NCBI GenBank assembly: GCA_003132445.1
Contig: PKXU01000152.1
Coordinates: 32,667-96,666 of the forward strand
DNA from: Acidobacteriaceae bacterium
Lineage (GTDB): Bacteria; Acidobacteriota; Terriglobia; Terriglobales; Acidobacteriaceae
Direction of reading: 5' to 3'
Length of the DNA: 64,000 nucleotides
Numbering within the stretch: the stretch's first letter is position 1; each line of letters opens with the position of its first letter. Positions 33,841 through 44,027 of this stretch are shown here, one piece after another. The position numbers and the translations under genes were made by a program. The notes beneath the pieces were generated by a model. It had not been told where the DNA came from, did no database searches, and saw only the letters and a program-made list of their open reading frames with translations.

Positions 33841-35205
33841 ATGGCTAAGAATCCCCTGACTCGTCGTCAGTTCATCCACATCGGTACTGGCGCCATTGCC
33901 GCCACCACGGTCGCTAAGACCGTCCTGCAGCCTCATCTGCTTTCTGCGGCCGCGCGTCCCGTGGCTCCCAGCGACACCATTCGCTTCGCCTCCATCGGCA
34001 CCGGCATTCGCGGATGCGAACATCTTCAGGCTTCGCTCGATGTTCCCGGCATTCAATGCGTCGCTGTGTGCGATCTTTATGACAGCCGTCACGCGGCCGG
34101 GCAGGAAGCGGTCAAGAATCCCAGCGTGCCAGCCACGCGGGACTATCGGTCCATTCTCGATCGCAAAGATGTTGACACCGTTCTGATCGCCACTATGGAT
34201 CACCAGCATCGGCACATTTTCGAAGACGCCTGCGCCGCCGGCAAAGACGTCTATTGCGAAAAGCCTTTATCGCACACGGTGGAAGATGGATTCGCCATGG
34301 TAGAAGCGGCGCACAAACACAATCGCATGGTCGCGGTCGGCAGCCAGCGTGTCAGTTCCATCCTCTATGCGAAGGCGAAAGAAATTTACGACTCGGGCAA
34401 ACTGGGCGAAGTCTTCTCCATCAACGCTTACTGGGACCGCAATTCTCCCAGTGGCGCCTGGGTGTATCCCATTCCGCCCGATGCCAGCGAACAAACCATC
34501 GACTGGAATACTTTCCTCGGCAACGCTCCCAAGCGGCCCTTTGATCCCGTTCGCTTCTTCCGCTGGCGCTGCTTCACTGATTACGGCGAGGGGCTGGGCG
34601 GAGATCTTTTCGTCCACCTGATCTCCGGCATCCACTTCATTACCGGCACGACCGAACCCGCCCAGCGTGGACAATCGAGTGGGGGTCTCTACCACTTCAA
34701 AGATGGCCGCGAGTTCCCTGACTTGATCGAAACTCTCTACGATTATCCGAACTTCCGCGTCACTGTGCGCTGCAACCTGAACAATGACGGCGGCGAGTTC
34801 ATCGGCTTCTACGGCACCAAGGGCACGATGATCATCAAAGACTCGACGCTGACTTACACGCCGCAGGACACACGTCCCGAGCCCGAAGGCTACTCGATTT
34901 ACGGTTGGCCAAAGGCGTTGCGCGATCAGTATCTACAGAAATGGCATGAAGACCATCCCGAACCGAAGGCCCTGCAGTGGGGTGTTGACAACGAAGGCGA
35001 ATCATACTCAACGCCTGCCGGATATAGCGACACGGTCGATCACCAGGCAAACTTCTACAATGCCGTTCGCACCCGCAAGCCGGTGGTGGAGAATGAAGTC
35101 TTTGGCAACAACGCCGCCATCGGCTGCCACCTGGCGAACTTTTCCTATTTCAACAAAACCGTTGCAGTCTGGGATCCGTCCTCCAAGAAGATCGTAAAGG
35201 GCTAG
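33841..35205 (+). CDS. Gfo/Idh/MocA-family oxidoreductase with twin-arginine signal
   Basis: GGAGAA lies 5 nt before ATG 33841. TAT-like MAKNPLTRRQFIHIGTGAIAA. Rossmann IRFASIGTGIRG and the typical EKPL motif (YCEKPLS). Confidence 0.85.
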   Translation: MAKNPLTRRQFIHIGTGAIAATTVAKTVLQPHLLSAAARPVAPSDTIRFASIGTGIRGCEHLQASLDVPGIQCVAVCDLYDSRHAAGQEAVKNPSVPATRDYRSILDRKDVDTVLIATMDHQHRHIFEDACAAGKDVYCEKPLSHTVEDGFAMVEAAHKHNRMVAVGSQRVSSILYAKAKEIYDSGKLGEVFSINAYWDRNSPSGAWVYPIPPDASEQTIDWNTFLGNAPKRPFDPVRFFRWRCFTDYGEGLGGDLFVHLISGIHFITGTTEPAQRGQSSGGLYHFKDGREFPDLIETLYDYPNFRVTVRCNLNNDGGEFIGFYGTKGTMIIKDSTLTYTPQDTRPEPEGYSIYGWPKALRDQYLQKWHEDHPEPKALQWGVDNEGESYSTPAGYSDTVDHQANFYNAVRTRKPVVENEVFGNNAAIGCHLANFSYFNKTVAVWDPSSKKIVKG

Positions 35206-35224
35206 TGAGGAAAGTATGAAAGTG

Positions 35225-35268
35225 CCCATCCTAACCGCGTTCCTTGCGGTCAGGATGGGAGCTTTTTG
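35225..35268 (+). terminator. Rho-independent terminator
   Basis: CCCATCCTAACCGCGTTCCTTGCGGTCAGGATGGG followed by AGCTTTTTG, 20 nt after the stop at 35205. Confidence 0.8.
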
Positions 35269-35402
35269 ACATTCCTTAAAAGGAACTTCGGCTGGCGAAG
35301 AGCGCGGCACTTACTCAGACCAGTAAGGCCTTTAATTGGCTGAATTTACCAGAAAACGTCTTGACGAGTGGTGAGATAATGCGCAGATAGTGGGAGGTAC
35401 TC

Positions 35403-35513
35403 ATGCTTGAGGGACTATTCCAACCTATGCACTTGATCGTCTTCGTGATCCTACTGGTTGGTGCGTTTCTCGTGTTTCGAGTACTTTGGCGTCTTGGTTC
35501 AAAGCCAAGGTAG
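35403..35513 (+). CDS. Possible small single-pass membrane protein (36 aa)
   Basis: GGGAGG lies 6 nt before the ATG. MLEGLFQPMHLIVFVILLVGAFLVFRVLWRLGSKPR. It is followed by hairpin CCCGGATGCCAGTCCGGG at 35519-35536. Below the track cutoff, and it competes with antisense track ORF 35315..35560. Confidence 0.35.
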   Translation: MLEGLFQPMHLIVFVILLVGAFLVFRVLWRLGSKPR

Positions 35514-35686
35514 AAAAAGCCCGGATGCCAGTCCGGGTCGTTAAGGATCTCGAGTTCCACAGTGGCAAGGTGACAACGCTAAAACTTCAGAATTGAAATT
35601 CGGCCACCGCCCTTTACTCGTCTTTACTTGACAGTCAAAGTCGTCCGTAGTCCACTAAGCCAGTAAGTTAATACCGTAGGTGTGAG

Positions 35687-37507
35687 ATGTTCCTTCGTCG
35701 GCGAAGTTTTACTGTGCTGGCCTTGCTAAGCTTTAGTTGGAACTTTTCGCCGGCACAATCCAGTTCTCAGCAATCCCCTTCAACTGGCGATATCACGTTC
35801 CGCACGACTGTGCGCCGTGTGATTGTCGATGTCGTCGTGCGCGATTCCAATAATCAGCCCGTGCATGGACTCACCGCCCGCGATTTTACTGTGTATGAAG
35901 ACGGCCGTCCGCAGACCGTTCTTTCCTTCGACGTTCATGATTTCAATTCGCCGTCGATCTCGATCCCGCCCAACACTCCGCATTTGCCGCCCAACAGTTT
36001 CGTCAATATCCCGGCTACGCCTGAGCGCGGACCGCTTTATGTGATTCTTTACGACCTGGTTAACACGCAAGTCGATGATCAGATCGACGCGCGCAGGCAG
36101 ATCCTGAAGTTCATCAATAACAAGCCCTCGGGCACGCGCTTCGCGATTTTTGTGCGTACCGACAGTCTTTATATGGTGCAGGGATTTACCGAAGATAAAA
36201 ATCTTCTGTTCGCCGCCATGGATCCTCAGAATCCCAAGCCGCATATTCCCAGAGTGTTTCTGATGTCTCGCAACGCCGGATACGGTGATCCGGTTTCCGC
36301 GCTGGACGTGCTGACAAAACTTGGAGAATTTCTGGAGGGCATTCCGGAGCGCAAGAATTTGATCTGGATGGCGGGAACCTTCCCTCTGGCTCTTTTCCCG
36401 CGCAAAGAAGACCCTCGGGATTATCGGGGCGAAATCCAAAGCGAGATCAATTCGATGACGCGAGCGCAGGTGGCAGTTTATCCCGTGAACGTTCGCGGAG
36501 TAATCGTGAATCCTGAAGGTGCTTTGACAGGAGCAGGTCCGCACATGGGGGTTGGTGGCGCGAGCGTGGGCACTTCAGCGAGCAATCCGGCGACCTCCGC
36601 TACTGACCCGGATAATGGTGGGATGATGCAATCGGTACGAATGGAGGGTTTGGGCGATTCCGTTGCAAACGATTACATGGTTCAGACACAGCTCGCTAAG
36701 TCAACCGGCGGACGCGCAACATTCAGCACTAACGATGTAACCGCAGCGCTGGAGGAGACTACAGAGACGGATGGTAATTACTATTCGCTAAGCTATTCGC
36801 CGACAAACGAAAAGAACGAAGCGAATCGCCGCAGCATTGCTGTGAAACTCGATCGTCCCGGCTATCAGCTTTCCTATCGCCGCTACTATTACACCGGCGC
36901 ACTCTTGTCGCAGACATCCATTGCGAAAGCCTCGGATACTCCCGGCCCGTCGCCTGAGGCCGGGAATAGCGAGGAAGACGCGCTCCAGGCCAACATGAAA
37001 CATGGAGCGCCGATGCTGCATGATCTTCTTTTTTCCGCGCATCTTCGGGCGGATGGCCGTCCGCTGCGCGCCACTGCAGAGCAGATGTCTCAGCTGGCTG
37101 ACCAGCCAGCGTACTTTCAAACGCGTCACAAGGATAAGCCGCTCAAGCCGCTCGCTCCCGTCGACCTGCAGCGCTATGCAATCGATTACCGTGTCACCGA
37201 TCTTGCGCTCAAGTCAAAGTCGCAGGGCGACAAGTCTCTCGCATTCGAGTTTGCGGCGGCCGCCTTCGATGCCGAGAATCGTATGGTCAATGGCGTTGTG
37301 AATGATGCCGTGGCGGACAACTCTTCTGGAAATGAAAGCAGCAAATCAGGCGTCTTTCGCGTGCGCCAGCAGATCGACGTACCGGTGAATGCGGCGTGGA
37401 TTCGCATCGGCGTAAGGGACAAACTGACCAACCGCATCGGCACCCTGGAAGTGCAACTGCCGCTGGTTCCGGAGTCGCCATCCCCGGCGGTGACATCGGC
37501 CCGCTGA
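35687..37507 (+). CDS. VWA-domain protein of the acidobacterial TIGR03436-like type (secreted)
   Basis: Signal peptide, then ITFRTTVRRVIVDVVVRDSNNQPVHGLTARDFTVYEDGRPQTVLSFD, the characteristic N-terminal block of this family. Confidence 0.75.
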   Translation: MFLRRRSFTVLALLSFSWNFSPAQSSSQQSPSTGDITFRTTVRRVIVDVVVRDSNNQPVHGLTARDFTVYEDGRPQTVLSFDVHDFNSPSISIPPNTPHLPPNSFVNIPATPERGPLYVILYDLVNTQVDDQIDARRQILKFINNKPSGTRFAIFVRTDSLYMVQGFTEDKNLLFAAMDPQNPKPHIPRVFLMSRNAGYGDPVSALDVLTKLGEFLEGIPERKNLIWMAGTFPLALFPRKEDPRDYRGEIQSEINSMTRAQVAVYPVNVRGVIVNPEGALTGAGPHMGVGGASVGTSASNPATSATDPDNGGMMQSVRMEGLGDSVANDYMVQTQLAKSTGGRATFSTNDVTAALEETTETDGNYYSLSYSPTNEKNEANRRSIAVKLDRPGYQLSYRRYYYTGALLSQTSIAKASDTPGPSPEAGNSEEDALQANMKHGAPMLHDLLFSAHLRADGRPLRATAEQMSQLADQPAYFQTRHKDKPLKPLAPVDLQRYAIDYRVTDLALKSKSQGDKSLAFEFAAAAFDAENRMVNGVVNDAVADNSSGNESSKSGVFRVRQQIDVPVNAAWIRIGVRDKLTNRIGTLEVQLPLVPESPSPAVTSAR

Positions 37508-37585
37508 ATCGGGGAGTGAACAACAAGACGAACGACGGCGGCATTTTGACTTTCCTACCGAATCCTGTCCCGTCAATTAGGTGGC

Positions 37586-37630
37586 GTCATCCCGAACGAA
37601 GCCGTTCTTCAGGCGTAGTGAGGGATCTCC
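37586..37630. repeat. REP-like element, family R4-related
   Basis: GTCATCCCGAACGAAGCCGTTCTTCAGGCGTAGTGAGGGATCTCC, between convergent genes. Confidence 0.65.
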
Positions 37631-37692
37631 CATGCACCACCGACACAGATCGACGCCGACCTGACCGGAGGTGCACATCCCAGGGTAGTCCG

Positions 37693-38691
37693 CTACGGAC
37701 TTTTCTTCGCCGGCAAATACTTCTTCTCAATCGAAGCCACCACCACATAATTCGGATCGACCATCTCGTTCAAATGAATCTTCGCCACCTTCGACAGCAA
37801 CTCGTAAGCATCCAGCTCCGACAAGCCGTAGTCCTTGTGAATCCAGTGCACCAGCTCCGTGAATGCGATGCGCACCGCGTCGTCCACCGGACGATACGCA
37901 CCTACGGTCATGATCGCGTCATCGTTCTCAAACTGCGGCCAGGAAATCGTGCGGCCCTTGATGACGCTGAGTTGCACGCGCGCTTTGAGCGGAACTTCGA
38001 TCGCCGTGCCCGCAACCTCGCCATCGCCCATCGCCGCGTGACCATCGCCGATGTAGAAGAGTCCTCCCTTCACATTCACCGGGAAATAAACTGTGTTGCC
38101 CACGCTCGCCTCGGGCGAATCCATATTCCCGCCAAACTCCGCTGGCACCACCGAACTGCGCGCCTCGCCATTGGCCGGAGCCACGCCAATACATCCAAAA
38201 AACGGATGCATGGGAATCTTCACCGAAAAATCAGAGTCCAGCGCCTTGAACGTAGCCGTATTCGCCGCGTGATCGATGTGATAAAACCACACGCGCTCCG
38301 GCAGTGGCGCATGCAACATCGGCGTGTAGTTGGTCTCGTTGATTGCGCCAAATCCAGGAGCGAACGCACCCACGCCGGTATCTCCATCCACCTGCAAATC
38401 TAGAATCTTTACCGCCAGCGTGTCGCCGGGCTCTGCGCCTTCCACATAGAATGGCCCCGCCAGCGGATTGTCCCCGGTCGCCATGCTCAGCGTGTCACCC
38501 GGCTTCTTCAGCCCGTTGCCGAAGCAATCCAGCGTATTGGTGTCCAGAATGTCTCCCGACTTCAAACGTAAGACCGGTTCGGCCGTAGCGAAAAGATACT
38601 TCACGTTGGCAGTAGTGGTCGTGTAGTGCACCACGTTCTGCGCAAAAGCCGAACCTGTCAGCAGCACAACCGCAAGCATGCGAGCGAGCAC
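37693..38691 (-). CDS. Acetamidase/formamidase family protein (secreted)
   Basis: NPLAGPFYVEGAEPGDTLAVKILD, GGNMDSPE and GDGHAAMGDGEVAGTAIE motifs. GTG 38691 is preceded by GGAGG with a 5-nt spacer and gives signal peptide (M)LARMLAVVLLTGSAFAQ. Confidence 0.85.
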   Translation of the reverse strand: MLARMLAVVLLTGSAFAQNVVHYTTTTANVKYLFATAEPVLRLKSGDILDTNTLDCFGNGLKKPGDTLSMATGDNPLAGPFYVEGAEPGDTLAVKILDLQVDGDTGVGAFAPGFGAINETNYTPMLHAPLPERVWFYHIDHAANTATFKALDSDFSVKIPMHPFFGCIGVAPANGEARSSVVPAEFGGNMDSPEASVGNTVYFPVNVKGGLFYIGDGHAAMGDGEVAGTAIEVPLKARVQLSVIKGRTISWPQFENDDAIMTVGAYRPVDDAVRIAFTELVHWIHKDYGLSELDAYELLSKVAKIHLNEMVDPNYVVVASIEKKYLPAKKSP

Positions 38692-38940
38692 AAATCCCTC
38701 CAGAAAATTCCGTCGGTCGGATATCAGACAGGCGATTGTAATAGGCGCCGGGTGCCCTACCCTTGTTGCGTACTCGAAATAGAATCGCAGTGGACGGCGC
38801 AAGCGCGAACGGTTGAATGTCGAGCCTTCTATTGCTCCTCAAAGTCAAAGTCCCCACCCGGTCGCAAAAAACGCGAAAGGGATGGAGCACCCCAAAAAGA
38901 AGTTCCCGTCATCAGATCGTAGTCGTCGTTGCTTATCCTC

Positions 38941-38970
38941 TGCTATTATCCCCAGTGCTATTATCCCCAG
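38941..38970. repeat. Perfect 15-nt direct repeat x2
   Basis: TGCTATTATCCCCAG TGCTATTATCCCCAG, 37 nt upstream of the peptidase start. Confidence 0.85.
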
Positions 38971-39006
38971 CCGGGCCCCCATCTGCTTCCAACCAGGAGT
39001 ATGACA

Positions 39007-41229
39007 ATGTCAAAGTTCTCTTTTGGCCCTACGCCCTTCACAATGCGCCTGCACATTCTACTGACCTCGTTTGTTCTCGGGGCATTCCTGATGCCGTCAG
39101 CATTACAAGCGCAATCCGGTCCGCCCGCCACCGAGCGCCACGACGTAACCGAAGTCTACTTCGGCCAGACTGTGACCGATCCCTATCGCTGGCTCGAAGA
39201 CTGGCGCGAAGGAAAGGGCGCCGACTGGCTCAAGGCGCAGGACACCTACACCCGTTCCATCCTCGCCGGTATCCCCGGCCGCGAGAAGTTTCTTGTCCGC
39301 GTCAAGGCCCTCGATACCGCCAGCACGCGCGTGCGCTTTGCGCAAGTATGGGGTGGAAAGCTGTTCTACCTCAAAACCGACCCCAATGCCGACAATCTGA
39401 AGCTGTATGTAAAAGAGGGCAATTCCGCCGAGCGTTTGCTGCTCGATCCCGAGCTTCTCACCAAAGACGGGGTCCACTTCTCGATCGACTATTTCCAACC
39501 TTCGCTCGACGGCGCTCTGGTGGCCTACGGAATTTCTCCCGGCGGCTCGGAGAACAGCGTCATTCACGTGCTTGAGACTGCGACGGGAAAAGTTATGCCG
39601 GATGCCATCGATCGCACCCGCTTTGGTGGCGTCGCGTGGCTGCCCGGCAACAAATCTTTCGTGTACAACCGCCTGCAGAAACTCACACCCGACATGCCAC
39701 GCACTGCGTTCGAACAACGCAGCCGCGTCTACGTCCATGAACTCGGACAGGACACTGAGCAGGATCGATTCGTTTTCGGTTACGGGTATTCATCCGACGT
39801 GAAGATCGACGATAACGATCTCAGCTTCGTTACATACACTCCAGGATCGCACTTTGTTCTCGGACTTCTGGCACACGGTACGCAAAACGAGGCCACCGTC
39901 TATTACTCGTCGATCAATGAGCTCAAATCCCAGCACATCGGCTGGAAAAAACTCTTCGACGTGGATGCCGCCATCACCAATCTTTCGCTTCACAACGACG
40001 ACATTTATCTGCTGACTCACAAAAACAAGTCGCGCTATGAAGTCATCCGGACCAGCCTCAAGAATCCTGATGTGACTCACGCAACCGTCGTGGTGCCAGC
40101 CAGCGAGGTAGTAATTCAGGAAGCGGATGTCGCCAGCGACGGCATCTATATCCGCGATCTCGACGGTGGCATCGGCCGCATGCGCCGTCTTTCTTTCGAC
40201 GGCAAAATCGAGCCGGTTCTTGTCGGAAAAGGCCTTTCAGTTTCTGAGATTTCCGTTACTCCTACCGAACCTGGGGCCCTGGTTCATGTCGTCTCCTGGA
40301 CCAGTTCGCCTCGTTTCCTGCGCTACGATCAGAAATCAAAAACCGCCACGGATACAGGAATTCAGCCACCACTCCCTATTGACACGTCGGCCTATGAATC
40401 CGAAGAGGTGAAAGCGAAAAGCGCCGACGGAACCATGATTCCGCTTTCCATCATCCATGCCAAGAATTTTACGGCGGATGGTAACCATCCTACGCACCTG
40501 ATCGGTTATGGCGCGTACGGAATTTCTTATGACACGTTTTTCGATCCGGTGTGGCTGGCGTGGCTGGAGCGCGGAGGCGTGATCGCCTTCGCCCACGTGC
40601 GCGGCGGCGGAGAATACGGAGAAGATTGGTATCGAGCCGGCTACAAACTTACCAAGCAGCACACCATCGATGATTTCATCGCCAGCGCCCAATATCTCAT
40701 TGAGCATAAATACACCAGCGCTCAGCGGCTCTCCGGCGAAGGCACCAGCGCCGGCGGCATCCTGATTGGCGGCGCCATCACGCAGCGTCCCGACTTGTTC
40801 GCGGGAGCGCTGATTCGCGTGGGCTGCTCCAACGCGACCCGCATGGAATTCACGCCCAACGGTCCGCCCAATATCGCCGAGTTCGGCTCGGTCACCGATC
40901 CCGACGGCTTCAAGGGATTGTTTGCCATGGACGCGTATCAGCACGTCAAAGACGGCACCGCCTATCCTGGCATTCTTCTGACGGCGGGTATCAACGACCC
41001 GCGCGTCGATCCTTCACAGCCGGCGAAGATGACGGCGCGCCTGCAAGCCGCAACGTCCAGCAAGAAACCAGTGCTGCTCCGCGTGGATTACGATGCCGGC
41101 CACGGCATGGGCTCGACCCGCGCCCAACACGATTTGGAATATTCCGACGAAATGTCATTCCTGCTCTGGCAGTTTGGCGACCCAGACTTCCAGCCCCGCG
41201 AGATGGCCAAAGAAAACGCCGCAAAATAA
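39007..41229 (+). CDS. Prolyl oligopeptidase family (S9A) serine peptidase, secreted
   Basis: TDPYRWLEDW N-terminal motif, GEGTSAGGILIGG nucleophile elbow, DPRVDPSQPAKM and DAGHG. AGGAG lies 7 nt before ATG 39007 (ATG 39001 is also possible). Confidence 0.85.
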   Translation: MSKFSFGPTPFTMRLHILLTSFVLGAFLMPSALQAQSGPPATERHDVTEVYFGQTVTDPYRWLEDWREGKGADWLKAQDTYTRSILAGIPGREKFLVRVKALDTASTRVRFAQVWGGKLFYLKTDPNADNLKLYVKEGNSAERLLLDPELLTKDGVHFSIDYFQPSLDGALVAYGISPGGSENSVIHVLETATGKVMPDAIDRTRFGGVAWLPGNKSFVYNRLQKLTPDMPRTAFEQRSRVYVHELGQDTEQDRFVFGYGYSSDVKIDDNDLSFVTYTPGSHFVLGLLAHGTQNEATVYYSSINELKSQHIGWKKLFDVDAAITNLSLHNDDIYLLTHKNKSRYEVIRTSLKNPDVTHATVVVPASEVVIQEADVASDGIYIRDLDGGIGRMRRLSFDGKIEPVLVGKGLSVSEISVTPTEPGALVHVVSWTSSPRFLRYDQKSKTATDTGIQPPLPIDTSAYESEEVKAKSADGTMIPLSIIHAKNFTADGNHPTHLIGYGAYGISYDTFFDPVWLAWLERGGVIAFAHVRGGGEYGEDWYRAGYKLTKQHTIDDFIASAQYLIEHKYTSAQRLSGEGTSAGGILIGGAITQRPDLFAGALIRVGCSNATRMEFTPNGPPNIAEFGSVTDPDGFKGLFAMDAYQHVKDGTAYPGILLTAGINDPRVDPSQPAKMTARLQAATSSKKPVLLRVDYDAGHGMGSTRAQHDLEYSDEMSFLLWQFGDPDFQPREMAKENAAK

Positions 41230-41278
41230 TTCAAGTGAAGTAATCGACGCGAAGCAACTAACAAATCACAGAAGGGTG

Positions 41279-41316
41279 CCCCACACCAACCGCGGCTCTT
41301 CGCGGTTAGTGTGGGG
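41279..41316 (+). terminator. Long GC hairpin (REP-like) downstream of the peptidase gene, possible terminator
   Basis: CCCCACACCAACCGCGGCTCTTCGCGGTTAGTGTGGGG followed by ATTT. Confidence 0.45.
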
Positions 41317-41594
41317 ATTTCGATGCGTCCTAAAGCGTGAGGGCGTCGCCCGCACTCATGCCGATCCGGATGCGCCTGCATGAAAAGATTCGCAAGCCGA
41401 GTACAAATTGACGGAAACAGATCGCGCGAAAATGGGCCGAGAACCCCGTCGTGTACTTCCCTTTGCGGCGAATTGCTTCGATTATCGGAGCAATTCGTCG
41501 TGTGCCTTGCGAGGACGGATAAGAACTCCGAGAGAGCATTTCGTTCGAGAAGATGCCCGGCACACGAAGCGAAAAAGAGCGGGTGACCTGAAGG

Positions 41595-42101
41595 ATGATT
41601 ACAGAAAGACGCAGTTGTGTGCGCCATAAGGTAAACGGACCGGTATTTGCCAGCTTTGATGGCGTGACGGGAGGGATGATTCTGGATCTGAGCGAACAGG
41701 GAGTTTCCATGCAAACGATCGTCCCGCTGGAAGCCGAGCGGCGGGTGCGTTTGCGCCTCGATCTGCCCGATTGTAACGATCACTTGGAAACTACGGGCTA
41801 TATCGCATGGGCGGATGCGCTCGGGCGGGCCGGAGTGAGATTTTCGGAACTTCCGCTGGAGGCGCGGCGGCGGCTGGACGAGTGGCTGGTGGTCAATGAA
41901 ACAGCGCCCAGCCGTAAAGCTCCAAAGCTCACTTTTGATCGCGTGACGGGACCGATCGCAGGCAGCAAATTCGCGGGAGATGGAGCCGCCAAGCCCCGAT
42001 CCGTGAGTTGGAAGCCGAAGCCGCGAAGTTTGACGGGCAGAGCGGGAGTGCGATTTCAACCACAATTCAGTACGAGTTCAACTCGCTGGGACCGGACTTA
42101 A
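41595..42101 (+). CDS. PilZ-domain protein
   Basis: ERRSCVRHKV (RxxxR-like) and DLSEQGVSM (D/NxSxxG) c-di-GMP-binding motifs. The 3' end overlaps the GAF ORF by 94 nt. Confidence 0.7.
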   Translation: MITERRSCVRHKVNGPVFASFDGVTGGMILDLSEQGVSMQTIVPLEAERRVRLRLDLPDCNDHLETTGYIAWADALGRAGVRFSELPLEARRRLDEWLVVNETAPSRKAPKLTFDRVTGPIAGSKFAGDGAAKPRSVSWKPKPRSLTGRAGVRFQPQFSTSSTRWDRT

Positions 42102-42526
42102 ATAGCGCGTTGCGGGTTATTTGCGAACGTGCGCGAACGCTTTTGCGCGGTGCTGGAGCGGCCATTGCCCTAGTGGACGGAGGTCCGATGATGTGCCGCG
42201 CGAGCGTAGGAAGCGGCGGTCCGCCGCTCGGAACTCGAGTGGAGATTGATGTGGGGTTTTCCGGCGAATGCATACGTACGGGAAAGTCGCTGCGCTGCGA
42301 TGATACGGAAGCCGATCCACGGGTGGAAGCTGTGATTTGCCGGCGGCTTGGAGTGCGTTCGATCGTAGCGGCGCCGATCCGGTATGAGCGGGACGTAGTG
42401 GGTTTGGCGGAAGTTTTTGCGCCGCAGAGTTTTGCCTTCGATGAGGGTGACGTTTCTGTGCTGGAGCGACTAGCACAGACGGCACTGCTGGTGTTGAGTC
42501 AGGCACAACTCTTCAAACGCAGTTAA
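42008..42526 (+). CDS. GAF-domain protein (paralog of 30703..32475), possibly fused to the upstream PilZ ORF
   Basis: AIALVDGGPMMCRASVGSGGPPLG...LRCDDTEADPRVEAVICRRLGVRSIVAAPI. The frame is open from 41939. The TTG 42008 start is unsupported by an SD. Confidence 0.65.
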   Translation: MEAEAAKFDGQSGSAISTTIQYEFNSLGPDLNSALRVICERARTLLRGAGAAIALVDGGPMMCRASVGSGGPPLGTRVEIDVGFSGECIRTGKSLRCDDTEADPRVEAVICRRLGVRSIVAAPIRYERDVVGLAEVFAPQSFAFDEGDVSVLERLAQTALLVLSQAQLFKRS

Positions 42527-42553
42527 CACTGATCACCGAACAAGGATTAACGA

Positions 42554-42595
42554 ACACGGGTTGGCAAACACGGTTTGGCAAAAGTGGGTTGCAAA
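42554..42595. repeat. 14-nt tandem repeat x3
   Basis: ACACGGGTTGGCAA ACACGGTTTGGCAA AAGTGGGTTGCAAA, just after the GAF stop. Confidence 0.75.
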
Positions 42596-42704
42596 CATGC
42601 ATCAGGAAGCACGGCAAATTTTTCCCGCGTCGAGACCGAGTTTGCCCAAGCTTAAGCAGCTGCCGAATGGCCAGCAATCGTCGGAGCCGGAAATTAAAGT
42701 TCGA

Positions 42705-43067
42705 TCACGCCCATTCAGACAGAGTTTCGCTCTGACCTTCTGAATCGGTTTCTAATTTTTGCGTGCCGCTGCTGTCCTGACCCTGCTGATTTTTCTGTTT
42801 CGCTTGCCCTTCGGATTCTTCGCGGGAACCAAGCCTCACCACGCAGTCCTCGTCGTCATCGGCTTCTCCGCCCAATCTGGAGGCTGACTCCATCAACTTT
42901 TTTCTGGTTTTTGCAGCTTCCTTTTTGGCGGCGGCTCGCTCCGCTGCGTGAAGCGTATCCAGTTGAATGTAGCGATTGGGTTGGTTGGCATGCACGTGCA
43001 TCGTCACTCCTTTGTCGGCGGAGACCGCAAAGTGCTGGAATTCAGAAAAGAGAAACCGGTAATTCAT
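42705..43067 (-). CDS. Hypothetical acidic low-complexity protein
   Basis: Track ORF. The internal ATG at MHVHANQPNRYIQLDTLHAAERAAAKKEAAKTRKKL is a likely start. No domain recognised. Confidence 0.4.
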   Translation of the reverse strand: MNYRFLFSEFQHFAVSADKGVTMHVHANQPNRYIQLDTLHAAERAAAKKEAAKTRKKLMESASRLGGEADDDEDCVVRLGSREESEGQAKQKNQQGQDSSGTQKLETDSEGQSETLSEWA

Positions 43068-43205
43068 CTCCGCCAGACGCTATCGTTCAGTTCACCCAGC
43101 AATTGGAATTCCCATTGCTTGCAATGGCAGCGACCAGTCTCGATTGGAAAGTTCGCGAATCGCTCGCACCTACGAAAACCAAGCTGGACCGATTCCCGAA
43201 TATTC

Positions 43206-43769
43206 CTAGGGCGTCTTTAATTTGTAGCCGGGTGGAATCTCGAATACGGAGGGATGAGGTTCTGCGACCGAAGTGGGCTTGCAGTAAGTCGTTTGTTCGC
43301 CAGCCGGGCTGCTGACCTTGGTCAGCACAGGCGTCTTCAGCTTTACGCTGGTCCAAACTTCGGTGATGGTGGGCTGCGGCGGTTTCGGCAATTGCGGCGG
43401 CTTGGGCGGCGCGGCCAAGGACGGAAGTCCGGGCATCTTGGGTATTTGTGATTTTTGTGGCGTTGCTGGAGCTTGCGGCGGAGCTGGTGCCTGTGGCGGC
43501 GAAAAAGTGTAGCGCTTTCCCTCGACTTCATGGCCGTCAATGGTGCTCTTGCCCAGTTCTTGCACTTGCAGAGGCGGGGCGGACGGCGGCGCTCCGGCTG
43601 CGCTTGGAACTCCCGACGGGCTGGCTGCGGTGGACGAAGGCGGCGTCGGCAAGACGATTGCCTCCTTTTTCAAGTGGTTGAGCAGAACAGTTTTCTGGGC
43701 GGCGGGATTGGAAATAATGCTGGTCGTAGGCGTATCGATGCGCATACTCCCATTGCTCGAGCGCCACAT
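43206..43769 (-). CDS. Hypothetical proline-rich protein
   Basis: Track ORF. A globular-looking C-terminus (TIDGHEVEGKRYTF...VFEIPPGYKLK) is separated by PPQAPAPPQAP linkers. No signal peptide or SD found. Confidence 0.45.
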   Translation of the reverse strand: MWRSSNGSMRIDTPTTSIISNPAAQKTVLLNHLKKEAIVLPTPPSSTAASPSGVPSAAGAPPSAPPLQVQELGKSTIDGHEVEGKRYTFSPPQAPAPPQAPATPQKSQIPKMPGLPSLAAPPKPPQLPKPPQPTITEVWTSVKLKTPVLTKVSSPAGEQTTYCKPTSVAEPHPSVFEIPPGYKLKTP

Positions 43770-44027
43770 ACGCGATGCCGATTGGGTGGGCGGGCTGCCT
43801 CCAGGGGCCTTGTGGCACAGTCGGAACAGGACGGAGGGGTTGGCGGAGGTGCTGGCTGATCCATGCTGTCTGACCCTCGGTGCGAAAGTTTATCACGCCT
43901 TGTTGAAGTCAGACTTAGAGAATTCATCGATGTGACATTGTTCTTTGCGAACGTGTGCAGTATTGAGCATTCGCGGCATGTTTGGTGTGGTGCAATCAAG
44001 TTGTGCGCGCATGAAGCTGAGTAACTC

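Noticed and set aside
35315-35560. The 81-aa minus-strand track ORF.
   Set aside because: It has no SD and an unconvincing composition. The opposite strand has a short ORF with a good SD and a clean transmembrane helix. Neither is strongly supported.
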